Shown here: one piece after another, positions 10,846 to 21,620 of the stretch
How the letters are laid out: each line of letters begins with the position of its first letter
How positions within the stretch are numbered: the first letter of the stretch is position 1
DNA from: a virus
Direction: 5' to 3' (one strand)
IMG/VR virus record: IMGVR_UViG_3300024261_002043
Span: 46,589 to 110,588 of that record
DNA: 64,000 nucleotides
Notes under the pieces: model-generated
The model's database searches: none
What the model saw: only the letters and a program-made list of their open reading frames with translations
What the model was told of the DNA's origin: nothing
Translations under genes and position numbers: made by a program

Positions 10846-11162
10846 GACATTTCCAGAGGATCCTCTACGGTTCCTTGTTTCATATCAGATGTTAATACAT
10901 TCGATATATCTACTATAGCATCTCTGCATGACTGCATATCTCTATGAATCTTCTTAATTTCAGCAGAGTCAGAGAATAAAGGTATCTCAAGAATCTTATC
11001 CATCGACTGTATTCTTTCGTCCATCAATTCTAGCGAATCCTCTAACGAGTCTTCGACATCAAGTACTGTAATCCCTAGTCTATATAATATCTTAGCGCAA
11101 TACGCGGTGGTGCATGCAAAAAATACACATAAAATTAACAGCAATATCTCAAGAACAGTCAA
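10842..11162 (-). CDS. Small membrane-anchored coiled-coil protein
   Basis: Hydrophobic N-terminus (LEILLLILCVFFACTTAY) followed by an acidic helical region. Confidence 0.6.
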   Translation of the reverse strand: MTVLEILLLILCVFFACTTAYCAKILYRLGITVLDVEDSLEDSLELMDERIQSMDKILEIPLFSDSAEIKKIHRDMQSCRDAIVDISNVLTSDMKQGTVEDPLEMS

Positions 11163-12327
11163 TTAAGTCACCTAGCGCTTCATCGTATTTTTTAGCTATA
11201 GACTTCATAGAGTAGTTATTGGCCATTTTTTCCATAGATTTTTTAGCCCACTCTCTCGGAACATCAGGGGACTTTCGTAGTTTTTTTACCCTAGACTTAA
11301 AGTGGTTTTCGGAAGGTTGCGCCCACTTAGCACCAGAGCACCAGATCCTATCGTCAACCATTTCATCAGGAATCGCCTCTATCTTATAGTCGACGTCTAG
11401 AAATCTTACATCTTTCATAAAGTCCATATGACCAGAGTGTTTTGTTGCTATAACAGGTAGTCCATTGACTGTAGCATCTAAAATTGGTAGCCCCCAGCCT
11501 TCCCCACGGGTTGCGGCACAGAGCGCATTTACTTTTTCATGAGACATCAAGGAAGAAATTTCTTCACGATCCATTAAACCGTGTAGAACATGAAATCTTG
11601 GATAGGGTCCATCTCTAACAACAGACAGTATATTCTCAACCGTCCTTGTTGTCACTCTTCTGTCTTGACACGTCAAGCGGCCCATATTCGTCTTTAATAT
11701 AATACCGACGTCTTTATCATTCTTAAATTCTTCGCATAACCACTTAATCATATTCATGGTATTTTTTCTGTCTGTCATTGCATGACGACCGGTAATTTGA
11801 CCAAAAATCAAAAAATTAAAAGAAGTAGAAATTTTATCTAACCTGTCAGAAAATTCCTTTGAACTAGGTGTAGATTTTAGGCTGCATGTATAACCTTCCG
11901 GTACATTAAAGATCTTTGATCTATCAAATCCACCGTTGATAAAGGACTCTTTAGAGTATGTACTAGGAACGATTAATCTGTCCATATTTCTAGCAGCGGT
12001 AATCCAATGGGGATGACATCTATCTGCTTCTATACCGGCGGTTATACCTACGTTTTTAACGGCAAGGTTTGGGTCCCACTCGTCAGGTAGCTGAATCTGT
12101 AATGATATGTCTGCTTTCTTGCCTTCGGGTAGTGGGCCTGAATTTTGCATGATGTCTCCAATTAGACCATCCTCTGCATCCGGATCTACATAATACGTGC
12201 ACATACCCCATGGGACTATCTGTGCCCTCACATCCCAGCCCTTAGACTTTGCCCAGCGCCAAACTTGTCTAGTATGTGAACCATATCCTGTTACACTTAA
12301 AAGTGGGCCTCTAACGATAGCGATCAT
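11149..12327 (-). CDS. Glycosyltransferase, GT-B/GT4-like
   Basis: SVTGYG N-terminus; ATRGEGWGLPILDATVNGLPVIAT donor-binding motif. Confidence 0.85.
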   Translation of the reverse strand: MIAIVRGPLLSVTGYGSHTRQVWRWAKSKGWDVRAQIVPWGMCTYYVDPDAEDGLIGDIMQNSGPLPEGKKADISLQIQLPDEWDPNLAVKNVGITAGIEADRCHPHWITAARNMDRLIVPSTYSKESFINGGFDRSKIFNVPEGYTCSLKSTPSSKEFSDRLDKISTSFNFLIFGQITGRHAMTDRKNTMNMIKWLCEEFKNDKDVGIILKTNMGRLTCQDRRVTTRTVENILSVVRDGPYPRFHVLHGLMDREEISSLMSHEKVNALCAATRGEGWGLPILDATVNGLPVIATKHSGHMDFMKDVRFLDVDYKIEAIPDEMVDDRIWCSGAKWAQPSENHFKSRVKKLRKSPDVPREWAKKSMEKMANNYSMKSIAKKYDEALGDLIDCS

Positions 12328-12330
12328 TTA

Positions 12331-13593
12331 TTATAACTCCGAAATATCATAGCGTTCAACAACTCTTTCGCCTTCTCGCCAGTTGTCGACTAGTGTCTTA
12401 AGCGAATCATGCCATTTATCAATGGTGGCTTCCATGCTAAACTCGGACTGTACGTACTCTCTTGCCTTCTCACCGATTGCGCTACGTTCATCTTCACTCA
12501 TGGAGTATATTTTATGTATCGCATCGGCTGTGTCTTCTATAGACGAATAGTCCTCGTAAATATACGGTACTGTTTGAGAACCAACACATGACCTAAGCTT
12601 TATATCTAGGGCGACGCCATTCTCTGAACCATCTCGATGGTCTATGACTTGTCTTGTTAGCCCACCGGTTTTTGATGCTATTATCGGGTTTCCGACTTTC
12701 ATGGACTCTAAAGTCGCTAGCCCAAAGCCTTCAGCGTACGCGATGTTGAGGCAAACGTCGGATATGTTATGAAGCACGTTCATTTGATCAAATCCGAGTC
12801 TTTCCTTAGAAAATTTTACGCTATCAAGTACACCAAAGTTGTTTGCTACAGCTATAAGATCTGGACCTTCTTGATCATGAGGATCAGTATGCATTAAAAG
12901 TGTAGCGCCTCTATCTTCAGGTGTTAACTTTTTCCTAAACTCGCTCCAGGCCTCTATTACGTCGGCCGGCCTTTTTCTTTTAGCATTTCTATTTACCCAA
13001 AATACAACAAAGTCGTCCTTTCTTTGAGACCCTAAAAGCTGCGTCTTAAATCGGTTTTTTTCTTCCTTGGGCAATGGAAAAAACAGTTCATCTGGAAGCG
13101 CATGAGGTATAAAGTTAGTTCTTTCTGGAAAATGCTCTTTAACCATTCTATAAGTTAGATGTGAATGACAATTTATTAAATCTGTTGAGGCATAGTAGTC
13201 AAAATTAAACTTAGGTGTTGGATGATTGTCCCAAACATGCCAATAGGCTATAGGGCATATCTGATGTATTTCATCCTCCATAGCCCATAACCACGTAAAG
13301 AATCTAGGATCTGTAAAGATCATAAGAACGTCAGGTTTTTCTGCAGCTAATGCAACGCGCAGCATATCTGGATTGCCAAAGCCGTCGATAGGCTTAATCA
13401 CAAAATCAGGATGAGGTTGTTGGACTGAATAGTCTACGTGCTTTAGAGCAGCCCCAAATTGCCTTACTGTCCAACAGCCTTTCTCTATCAGGCCGTTCAT
13501 TAAAAACCTAGACTGACACCCAACACCTGACGTACTCATCGCGTGATCAGATAATAAGAGTATCTTCATTTTCTTGCTTTGCATTTCCAGCAC
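12331..13593 (-). CDS. Glycosyltransferase family 4
   Basis: NRNAKRK and AEGFGLATLESMKVGNPIIASKTGG (E-x7-E) motifs. Confidence 0.9.
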   Translation of the reverse strand: MLEMQSKKMKILLLSDHAMSTSGVGCQSRFLMNGLIEKGCWTVRQFGAALKHVDYSVQQPHPDFVIKPIDGFGNPDMLRVALAAEKPDVLMIFTDPRFFTWLWAMEDEIHQICPIAYWHVWDNHPTPKFNFDYYASTDLINCHSHLTYRMVKEHFPERTNFIPHALPDELFFPLPKEEKNRFKTQLLGSQRKDDFVVFWVNRNAKRKRPADVIEAWSEFRKKLTPEDRGATLLMHTDPHDQEGPDLIAVANNFGVLDSVKFSKERLGFDQMNVLHNISDVCLNIAYAEGFGLATLESMKVGNPIIASKTGGLTRQVIDHRDGSENGVALDIKLRSCVGSQTVPYIYEDYSSIEDTADAIHKIYSMSEDERSAIGEKAREYVQSEFSMEATIDKWHDSLKTLVDNWREGERVVERYDISEL

Positions 13594-13667
13594 TACTCCA
13601 AACGATTAAAAAGCTTATGTGTGTAATCATATCTTATAACAACAGGAAGTATATTTATCTGCTGTAT

Positions 13668-14552
13668 TCACCCAGGACAGTTGGTTGTTCCCTTAAATTC
13701 GCAGAACAAGCATGACTGTCTATTTTTTAAATAAATACCTCTTCTAACAGACTTTACCATGCTTCTCATTATTGACAAAGCATTCTCTTCAGCTTTTGGA
13801 CCTACTGATACTTTAACTAGTTCGCATGTATTACCAGGCTTTCCGCCTCTTTTAAGTAATACAAAACCACACTTAACTTGCTTTGTATCAAATCCATTCT
13901 TCTTCATCCAAAAAGATTTGTATAAAGCAATTTGAGCCCATGTCAAGATATCTCTTCTTTTAGATGCGTACCAACCTTTATCACCTGCTGTCTTCCAGTC
14001 AATGACGTAATAGAATTCCTTACCTTTAATCTTAACTTTTAAGCACGCATCTATGAACCCTTTAAAAAATATATCATATCCATCAACGAACTCGTAAAGT
14101 TGTTCCTCTGCGCTTATAACACTCCACTCATCGAATTCGCTATCTAAAAAAGCTGGTAATTCTTCAAGAGAGTTTTTTGCCCACTCTAACCAAGAAGGAA
14201 GATAATCATGAGACTTTGGTTTCCAGCCTTGAGACTTTCGATAATCAGCTTGTGACTTTATCCACTCGTCAGAGTCGAAACCTTTTTCTTCCCACGCTTC
14301 AGTTATCTTGTTTAAGACAGCTTGGACGTCCATGGTCTTGGTTTTTAAAAAGTTTTCTATACCGTCATGTAGCGCTGTGCCATAAGAAAGATAAGGACTT
14401 GGATCGTCTTTTACAATCTTGTCGATATACGTTAGTTTATGCCGCCAAGGACACTCTTTCCAAAGACGAATCTCAGAATAAGAAACATGAGGCTTGTTGG
14501 TCGGAAACGAAATAAGATCTATTCGTTCTTTATCATTAATATTATTCTTCAT
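13668..14552 (-). CDS. PD-(D/E)XK exonuclease, Cas4/RecB(AddB)-like with Fe-S cysteines
   Basis: SYS...ECP, GTALH, KGFIDA, VIDWKT, Q-x-x-x-Y, C-terminal CLFCEF...C. Confidence 0.85.
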   Translation of the reverse strand: MKNNINDKERIDLISFPTNKPHVSYSEIRLWKECPWRHKLTYIDKIVKDDPSPYLSYGTALHDGIENFLKTKTMDVQAVLNKITEAWEEKGFDSDEWIKSQADYRKSQGWKPKSHDYLPSWLEWAKNSLEELPAFLDSEFDEWSVISAEEQLYEFVDGYDIFFKGFIDACLKVKIKGKEFYYVIDWKTAGDKGWYASKRRDILTWAQIALYKSFWMKKNGFDTKQVKCGFVLLKRGGKPGNTCELVKVSVGPKAEENALSIMRSMVKSVRRGIYLKNRQSCLFCEFKGTTNCPG

Positions 14553-14559
14553 ACTATCT

Positions 14560-14588
14560 AATCATAGTAGGAAAATGGTAGGTTTACA
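14560..14588 (-). promoter_or_regulatory. Sigma70-type promoter (TTGTAA-17 nt-TATGAT) for the Cas4-like nuclease gene
   Basis: Minus strand reads ttgtaa acctaccattttcctac tatgat just before the ATG at 14552. Confidence 0.45.
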
Positions 14589-14595
14589 AGATAAT

Positions 14596-15573
14596 CTACT
14601 TTAAGCCTTCGAGTCGTTTGAGATCTGACTCATACATCATCTTTGCCAGTGTGTCTATATCGACCTCTGGGGACCATCCAAGTTTATCTAATGCCTTCTT
14701 AGGATCACCTAATAAAAGTGGGACCTCGTGTGGACGGAACAACCTTTCGTCAACCTTAACATACTCTTCTACATCTAGACCAGCTATATCAAATACTTTG
14801 TTTAAGAAGTCTCTAACAGTAAAAGTTTCACCAGTAGCTATAACATAATCATCTGGCGACTCTTGCTGTAGCATTAACCACATAGCGTCTACGTAATCTC
14901 CGGCAAACCCCCAGTCTCTTTTTGCATCTAGGTTCCCTAGATATAACTTATCTTGGAGGCCTAACTTTATCTTAGCGGCGGCAAGAGTTATTTTTCTAGT
15001 CACAAATGTTTCACCTCTACGAGGGCTTTCATGATTAAACAGTATACCACTTGATATGTGCATATTGTAAGAGGCCCTATAGTTTCTGCATAGATTATGT
15101 GCGAAGGCTTTAGCACATGCATAAGGACTTGCTGGTTGGAGAGTTGTTAATTCAGACTGCGGTGCTTCCGGATTGTCACCAAACATTTCAGATGAACTTG
15201 CTTGATACATTCTTATGCTAGGGTCTACTAACCGAATAGCTTCCAAGATCTTTAACGTCCCCATTGCAATTGTGTCAACAGTCTCTATTGGAACATCAAA
15301 AGAAACTCTGACGTGTGATTGTGCGGCTAAGTTATAGAATTCTTGTGGTCTATACTTTGTTAATAACCTGTATAAAGATGATGAGTCATGTAGTGAGTAA
15401 TATTCTAAACAAAGCATTGGGTTATCGAATATATGATCTATTCTATCTGTAGATAATAGGCTAGTTCTTCTTTTTAGACCAACGACCCTATAGCCCTTCT
15501 TTAACAAAAGCTCTGCTAGATATGAGCCGTCTTGTCCTGTTATTCCAGTTATCATAGCTGTTTTCATAATCAC
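14596..15573 (-). CDS. gmd: GDP-mannose 4,6-dehydratase
   Basis: ITGITGQDGSYLAELLL, NLAAQSHV, QASSSEMFG, SPYACAK, FNHESPRRGETFVTRKI, LGNLDAKRDWG. Confidence 0.96.
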   Translation of the reverse strand: MIMKTAMITGITGQDGSYLAELLLKKGYRVVGLKRRTSLLSTDRIDHIFDNPMLCLEYYSLHDSSSLYRLLTKYRPQEFYNLAAQSHVRVSFDVPIETVDTIAMGTLKILEAIRLVDPSIRMYQASSSEMFGDNPEAPQSELTTLQPASPYACAKAFAHNLCRNYRASYNMHISSGILFNHESPRRGETFVTRKITLAAAKIKLGLQDKLYLGNLDAKRDWGFAGDYVDAMWLMLQQESPDDYVIATGETFTVRDFLNKVFDIAGLDVEEYVKVDERLFRPHEVPLLLGDPKKALDKLGWSPEVDIDTLAKMMYESDLKRLEGLK

Positions 15574-15627
15574 TCCTGATTCATATTACGAATAAGCAAT
15601 TCATTATATAAAAGCTTATCCAGATTT

Positions 15628-16488
15628 TCAAATCATCTCTTTAATTTCTGGAATGGTAAATTTTTCAACTTCACTAGAATACTTTCCGTTCTCAAGTATT
15701 TTTTCGTGTAGGTTTTCGCCGGGTTGAAGACCAATCACCTTTATTTTTAGTTCAGAGTTTTTAGGCAGATATTTCTCTGACATTGCTTTCAATAAGTCCC
15801 CTATACTCATAGACTTCATTTCAGGAACATAGGGTTTTGAGCTATTTGATACCTCCATACATTCGAATATCAAGTCTACAGCTTGATCAACCGTCCAAAA
15901 GTATCTGGTCGCGGTAGGGTCAGTTACGATAACTTCCTTTCCTTCCTGTAATAATTTTTTCCACTTACACAATACAGAGCCTGTTGAATATAGAACATTT
16001 CCATACCTGACTATTCTAAATTTAGTACTAGGGTAATTTTCTTCAAATTGGTCGAATAGTCTTTCCATCAAATATTTGCTGGCACCATAAACACCAACTA
16101 CTTGAGCTGCTTTGTCGGTACTAATACCCATAACGAACTCAAGTTTTTCTACTGCTGCGGCTTCTAGAATATTTAAGGTGCCTAGCACATTAGATTTCAC
16201 GCACTCCCTTGTTTGCGTTTCCGCTAGTCCAACATGCTTAAAAGCAGCTAGATGAAAAACTCCGGATACACCTTGAATTGCTTGATGTATGTCAAACTTA
16301 TCGCATATATCACCCGTGAATATTTCTATGCTAGGAAATCTTTGCTTTAGCTCTATTAGCTTTCCTTCGTTTCTAGAAAGCGTTACAACCTTACCACCTG
16401 CAGATATAATTTTTTCAATTAACTCCGAACCTAAAAAGCCGCTACCACCAGTTATCAAGTATCTTTTATTTTTTTCTATGTTTATCAT
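15628..16488 (-). CDS. NDP-sugar 4,6-dehydratase, PseB/FlaA1/CapD (Polysacc_synt_2) family
   Basis: ITGGSGFLG, HLAAFKHV, ISTDKA, YGASK, VRYGNV, TDPTATRYF, IGLQPGENLHE. Confidence 0.88.
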   Translation of the reverse strand: MINIEKNKRYLITGGSGFLGSELIEKIISAGGKVVTLSRNEGKLIELKQRFPSIEIFTGDICDKFDIHQAIQGVSGVFHLAAFKHVGLAETQTRECVKSNVLGTLNILEAAAVEKLEFVMGISTDKAAQVVGVYGASKYLMERLFDQFEENYPSTKFRIVRYGNVLYSTGSVLCKWKKLLQEGKEVIVTDPTATRYFWTVDQAVDLIFECMEVSNSSKPYVPEMKSMSIGDLLKAMSEKYLPKNSELKIKVIGLQPGENLHEKILENGKYSSEVEKFTIPEIKEMI

Positions 16489-16503
16489 TGTTTAAATCCT
16501 ATA

Positions 16504-17325
16504 CTACGCTCTTCCAGAGTCGCTACCATCTTGATGCGTAATCATTTTATCATCGTCTTTTGAGCCATAAACATACACTCCCCATTTTTCATGTGCATAT
16601 TCAAACCCCTCACTTTTTATGTCTTTAGTGTACTCGCTATATAAGTTTTGCTCTACTGCCCCGACTAATCTGGGTTGAGGATTGGATGCTATGTCAATCC
16701 AGTCCTCAATAAATTTGGACACCCTTATTATGTGGGGATGAGTCGCAATAGAATCTGTTTTCATAAGAGCAAAGCTGATGTCTTTTTTTTCTTCTAAATA
16801 AGTTTCCCAAACATATCGCTCTTGATCACCAGGAGCCAGATTCGATATATGAGGCTTCCAATTAGGTCGCTTATTAAATCTAACAAAGTTAATATTATTA
16901 TGATCTTTCATGAAATGTATTAAACCAGTTATGTCAACGTTTCTTAAGAATTTCCAATCGTGCTCACAACAAAATGCAAAAGGTGTTGTAGTTTCTTTAA
17001 GCGCTTTTATGTAGTTTTTTTGTAACCCGCTAATCTTAACACCTTCATGAGAGTTGTCTACAACAACTACATCTTTTAAATTTCTAAGATTTTCTACATA
17101 CTCTAAGTGGTGATGGTTCGTGGAATCGCTATCGCAATATATCATAAACTTGCAGCCTTCTATTCCTGAGAATCTACTCTTAATCGATTTTATTGTTGCC
17201 TCGATGAAGTATGTAGATGGCGCAGAAGGTAACACATGCGTTGTCAAAATGACAGTTAACTCTTCATTTAGATTAATCACGCTAGTATCCTCTGATTTCT
17301 GGATAATTTTCCAAGAACCAGTCAC
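16504..17325 (-). CDS. Putative GT-A-fold glycosyltransferase
   Basis: LTVILTT...FCCEHDW (ExD metal motif)...FVRFNKR; lies inside the glycan cluster. The true start may be a little downstream. Confidence 0.5.
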   Translation of the reverse strand: MTGSWKIIQKSEDTSVINLNEELTVILTTHVLPSAPSTYFIEATIKSIKSRFSGIEGCKFMIYCDSDSTNHHHLEYVENLRNLKDVVVVDNSHEGVKISGLQKNYIKALKETTTPFAFCCEHDWKFLRNVDITGLIHFMKDHNNINFVRFNKRPNWKPHISNLAPGDQERYVWETYLEEKKDISFALMKTDSIATHPHIIRVSKFIEDWIDIASNPQPRLVGAVEQNLYSEYTKDIKSEGFEYAHEKWGVYVYGSKDDDKMITHQDGSDSGRA

Positions 17326-18235
17326 AGGTCTTTTTTAGCCCTTCTCTTAATGGTGTGTATTGGTTTTGAGACCATCCAGAGTCTATTAAGTTTTTATTAG
17401 AGCTTGGCTTTCTATACTGACCTTCTGGCTTAGAGGTATCCCAAATAATCTTTTGATCAAATCCAATAAACTCAGATATCATTTCAGCAACATCCTTTAT
17501 AGAAACTTCCTGAACATTTCCAACGTTTATCGGATCAGCGCCGTCGTAATTATCTAACAGAAATAACAATAGCTCAGCCATATCGCCAGAGTATGTAAAC
17601 TCACGTAATGGAGTACCGGCGCCCCAAAGAGTTACATTTTCTTTATTAAGCTTGGCCTCGTACATCTTTCTTGTTATGGCAGGTATTACGTGCGAATTCT
17701 CTAAATCGTAAAAGTCATTTTCACCGTACAGGTTATTTGCAACAGCAGTTATAAAGTTACATCCATACTGCTCCCTATACGCTCTAGACTGCACATCTAG
17801 CATTCTCTTTGCGTATGCATATGCGTAGTTTGATTTATGTGGAGGACCGCTATGAATATCGGCTTCAGTTAAAGGATAGCTAACACTGTCTGGATAAATG
17901 CACGTGCTTAATACTGATACTACTTTTTTAACGTTGTGCTTTCTTGAATATTCAAGTACGTTAGTGTTTATTAACACGTTATCTCTAAAGAAATCGCCTA
18001 AATTTTCCATGTTAGCTTTTACGCCGCCAACTTTTGCAGCTAAGTGTATTATAGCATCAGGACTGTATTTCGACATCATGGCATCCACTTGCGATGGATC
18101 TCTTAGATCATAATCTTTTGATGCCACAAACTTTGCATTAGGTATGGAGTTACCGTAGACGTATCCCCACTTTAGAGAATATCCGATCATTCCAGATCCA
18201 CCAGTAACTAAAATCTTATCTTCGTTAATAGACAT
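17282..18235 (-). CDS. fcl: GDP-L-fucose synthase (epimerase/reductase)
   Basis: ILVTGGSGMIG, HLAAKVGG, STCIYP, YAYAKR, NLYGEND, SHVIPA, WGAGTPLREF, WDTSKPEG. Confidence 0.92.
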   Translation of the reverse strand: MSINEDKILVTGGSGMIGYSLKWGYVYGNSIPNAKFVASKDYDLRDPSQVDAMMSKYSPDAIIHLAAKVGGVKANMENLGDFFRDNVLINTNVLEYSRKHNVKKVVSVLSTCIYPDSVSYPLTEADIHSGPPHKSNYAYAYAKRMLDVQSRAYREQYGCNFITAVANNLYGENDFYDLENSHVIPAITRKMYEAKLNKENVTLWGAGTPLREFTYSGDMAELLLFLLDNYDGADPINVGNVQEVSIKDVAEMISEFIGFDQKIIWDTSKPEGQYRKPSSNKNLIDSGWSQNQYTPLREGLKKTCDWFLENYPEIRGY

Positions 18236-18238
18236 TTC

Positions 18239-19009
18239 CTACTCCGCTATGCAAATATACGTTATCTTATAGTCATCTTCGCATGCGGAAAGGTCTAAAT
18301 TAAACCCTTTACAAATCTTTAGCAATTTAAAGCCTGACAATTTAAGCACGTCTGATACTACTTTAGGCGTCCATAGATAGTGTTCTAAACTATACGAGTA
18401 CTCTTGATCTAGTTTCTTAACAGTTGTATTTAGCACAACAGAAGACTCCATTAAGTCTACGGTCGGGTTACATTCCACGTATATTTTAACGCCACTATCT
18501 TCGTACTCTTTTTTTTCTACCTTAGGTGAATCTTTGATTGCGGCAACACCATTCCAGCTATCAAAAATAAAGTGGCCGCCTGTTGCCATATTTCTGTTTA
18601 TTGAAGACATAAATGAAATGAGCTTCCCTATATCGCTTATATGATTTACGACGTTAAATAAGCTTACAGCTATATCGTATTGACCGGCTGTCATGCTTTC
18701 AATATCTATATTTTCAAAATTGATGTTTGATAGTTCGTTACTTTTATAGGTGGCAGCTTTAATCATTTGATCAGATATGTCAATACCCTTTACAAAAGAG
18801 GCTCCTCTTGTGGACATTAGTATACTATGGGTCCCTGTTCCACAACCAATATCAATGATACTTTTTCCAGTAAAGCCGTGAGTTATTTTTTCTATAAAGT
18901 CTACCTCTAGGCCATAATCTTTACTGCTATAAAATTTATCATAGTTCTTTACTGCTTCATTATTATACTGCATCAAAATATTCCCTAATACAGTCACATA
19001 CATACTCAA
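18239..19009 (-). CDS. Class I SAM-dependent methyltransferase
   Basis: IIDIGCGTG motif I, GIDIS, YDIAVSLF, GGHFIFD. Confidence 0.88.
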   Translation of the reverse strand: MSMYVTVLGNILMQYNNEAVKNYDKFYSSKDYGLEVDFIEKITHGFTGKSIIDIGCGTGTHSILMSTRGASFVKGIDISDQMIKAATYKSNELSNINFENIDIESMTAGQYDIAVSLFNVVNHISDIGKLISFMSSINRNMATGGHFIFDSWNGVAAIKDSPKVEKKEYEDSGVKIYVECNPTVDLMESSVVLNTTVKKLDQEYSYSLEHYLWTPKVVSDVLKLSGFKLLKICKGFNLDLSACEDDYKITYICIAE

Positions 19010-20087
19010 CCTGACCTTCTGTTAAGCTAGGGAATACGGGTAAGCATAAACCTCTTTCAAACGCATCAATAGATTTAGAGAAAAAACGATCGTCTAAATC
19101 TTGACAAGATGTAACAGATTCATTCTCTAAAAAGCAAGGCTGCTTACTAAGCGGATAAAAGAATGTTCTGCCTTGAATTCCTTTTTCGTCTAGATATTTA
19201 GCTAGTTCGTTGCTGTTACCTTTTGTTGTTATACAAACCCTGAATGGCACTAAGCTTGACTTTTGATCATGTCCTAATATCTCTATTTGCTTTACGTCTT
19301 TAAGCTTATCGAGGTAAATGTTTCTTAAATAATTTTTTCTATCGTATATGTCCTGTTTCTTTGACATTTGCACAAGCCCAATTGCGCACTGTAGATCATT
19401 CATCCTAAAATTAAACCCGACCTCAGGGTGAATAAAAGTGCCTCTATTTAATCGTCCTTGATTTCTAAGATACATTAACTTCTCGTATGTTTTTTCATCA
19501 TTTGTACATACGAAGCCGCCTTCTACAGTGGTAATTGTTTTATCCGCAAAAAATGAAAAGCAACCTACATCCCCAAAGCCGCCGCAGTGCTTGCCATCCC
19601 AATACACGCCCATAGCCTGTGCAGCATCCTCTATCACCTTTAGATTGTTGGTATTAGCAAAACTCATAACGCTAGTCATATCACACGCAGAGCCATAAAT
19701 GTGAACAGGCATAATTGCTTTAGTCTTACTAGTTAATACTCTGTCACAATCCTTAGTGTCTATTTGTAGAGTTTCTCTATTAATATCTACGAATATAGGG
19801 ACTGCATCTGCCATAAGCACCGCGGTGGCAGAAGCTATAAATGTAAAGTTTGGAACAATTACCTCATCACCTTTACCTACACCAATAGCCTTTAAAGCAA
19901 GGTATAACGCCAAAGTACCGTTAGGAGCTAAGACCCCATATTTCACACCTATTGTATCACAAAGCTGCTCAACAAATAATTTCGCTTTAGGGCCCTCTGT
20001 ATACCAGTCATTATCAAAGCAGTCTTTCATGGAAGCATATTCTTCCATACCGATATTAGGGAATAGTTGTGGAACCTTCATGTGCAT
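18963..20087 (-). CDS. DegT/DnrJ/EryC1 PLP-dependent sugar aminotransferase (perosamine-synthase-like)
   Basis: NGTLALYLAL, GDEVIVP, IEDAAQA, FSFFADKTITTVEGG (PLP lysine), GFNFRM. Confidence 0.92.
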   Translation of the reverse strand: MHMKVPQLFPNIGMEEYASMKDCFDNDWYTEGPKAKLFVEQLCDTIGVKYGVLAPNGTLALYLALKAIGVGKGDEVIVPNFTFIASATAVLMADAVPIFVDINRETLQIDTKDCDRVLTSKTKAIMPVHIYGSACDMTSVMSFANTNNLKVIEDAAQAMGVYWDGKHCGGFGDVGCFSFFADKTITTVEGGFVCTNDEKTYEKLMYLRNQGRLNRGTFIHPEVGFNFRMNDLQCAIGLVQMSKKQDIYDRKNYLRNIYLDKLKDVKQIEILGHDQKSSLVPFRVCITTKGNSNELAKYLDEKGIQGRTFFYPLSKQPCFLENESVTSCQDLDDRFFSKSIDAFERGLCLPVFPSLTEGQVEYVCDCIREYFDAV

Positions 20088-20094
20088 TTCCTCT

Positions 20095-20634
20095 TTATTT
20101 TTTGCATAAAACGTTAACCATCAGTAGTCTTCCATTTTTAAAATCCATATGGGGAAGATAGCTTCTACTATAGTCGTCATAATCCTTATTATTAAAAGCA
20201 GAAAAATCTTGCCAGTTGTATCTTTCTACGCTAGAAAAACCTATTGACAACAGTTCTTTTCTTAAAAGCTTAAGATCAAAAATCATGCCGTGGAAGTCAG
20301 TATAGTCTTTTTGGCCACCGACAACTAGACCTAACAACGATTCTATGTTTTTGTTTTCTAAATACTCGTGACAGACTGCTTCAAAGTCTGCAGTTGACAG
20401 CCGTAATATGCCACCTGGTTTAAGCAAATCGTACCAGTGCTCTATTACTTTTTTCCAATCATTTCTACCGAAGTGTTCTATGGCTGCGCAGCTATAAATT
20501 TCATCTACTTCTCCGCTATTAAAGGGTAGTGACTTAATGTCTGCTACTATATCTACATTGGAAAAATCTTGTATATCAACATTTAGATACCCGGGGATAG
20601 TTTTTTTTCCGCAACCTAAGTGTAGTTTTTTCAT
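20095..20634 (-). CDS. SAM-dependent methyltransferase (type 11-like)
   Basis: KLHLGCG, GYLNVD, IEH, LKPGGILR. Confidence 0.85.
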   Translation of the reverse strand: MKKLHLGCGKKTIPGYLNVDIQDFSNVDIVADIKSLPFNSGEVDEIYSCAAIEHFGRNDWKKVIEHWYDLLKPGGILRLSTADFEAVCHEYLENKNIESLLGLVVGGQKDYTDFHGMIFDLKLLRKELLSIGFSSVERYNWQDFSAFNNKDYDDYSRSYLPHMDFKNGRLLMVNVLCKK

Positions 20635-21560
20635 TATTGACTATCCATAACATCTATAACCATTTTTTCGGTTACAGCCCAAACGTTATACTCATCAAGA
20701 ACCTTATTACGAGCTTCATTTATTTCGTCTATTACACTGCTTGTAATCGGCTCATTCATAACATCGATAAATTGCTCACATGCCAGATTCAGGTTTTCAA
20801 TGCTAAGTAACCTATAGCCACCGTTAAAAAAGTCTTCTATATTAGGACATCCCCAATACATGGGTAACGTCCAGCACAGTACTGCTTCTGTAGTTCTGGT
20901 AACAAAATTTCTTAGCCCACCATTCTCTAAAGATATTGATTTTTCGTATGGGTATAAAGCCCCAAACTGACATGTGCCAGAGTTCAGACCTTGTATAGCT
21001 GGTCTAGAGACTGGTACACTACCTCTATAGCTAGCATCAAAATCCTTACTGTTAAGTGAGCTGCTATATACATCTATTTTTGAAGAGTATGCTTGAACAG
21101 CGTGAAACAAAAAGTTAAGCCTAAGCTTCTGACCATGCGTAAAGCTTTTACCAGACATTACACACGTGGCTCTATCCTTATTTTTACTGTCAGGATATTT
21201 TAGACTTTTTAATTCGTCGTAGTTATACGCTAAACCCCACCTACAATGAGGAGGGTACTGGTTATCATTGTAAGCGAAAACTTTGTCTACTTGAAAGTGT
21301 TGGACAAATGGGTACACATGATCGGGCTCCCGTTGAACGAGTATAACCTTTTGTGTCTTATTAATTTTGGGACATAAATTTGCAGAAGATCCATCAAATG
21401 CCACTATACAATCAGCTTCATCGACGGAAGAAACGCCTTGGATCATGCCCCATCTACCAGTGGAACCAGGGGTTTGGTTCTTTATATTATTAAAATACTC
21501 GCTTGGGCTTTGGCCCCAGTTATTGACAAAAGCAACTTTTATACTTGTTTTAGATATCAT
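20634..21560 (-). CDS. Glycosyltransferase family 10-like (alpha-1,3-fucosyltransferase-like)
   Basis: YEKSISLEN...FVT...EAVLCWTLPMYWGCPNI resembles the GT10 fucosyltransferase motif. Confidence 0.7.
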   Translation of the reverse strand: MISKTSIKVAFVNNWGQSPSEYFNNIKNQTPGSTGRWGMIQGVSSVDEADCIVAFDGSSANLCPKINKTQKVILVQREPDHVYPFVQHFQVDKVFAYNDNQYPPHCRWGLAYNYDELKSLKYPDSKNKDRATCVMSGKSFTHGQKLRLNFLFHAVQAYSSKIDVYSSSLNSKDFDASYRGSVPVSRPAIQGLNSGTCQFGALYPYEKSISLENGGLRNFVTRTTEAVLCWTLPMYWGCPNIEDFFNGGYRLLSIENLNLACEQFIDVMNEPITSSVIDEINEARNKVLDEYNVWAVTEKMVIDVMDSQ

Positions 21561-21620
21561 AAATTAACCTACGTTTATTCTTTATTGTATCAACAATTTT
21601 TTAGTTTTTCAAACCTTGCT

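Noticed and set aside
13668-14552. Cas4-like nuclease as part of a CRISPR-Cas system
   Set aside because: No cas1/cas2, effector genes or repeat-spacer array are visible; stand-alone Cas4-like nucleases are common in phages.
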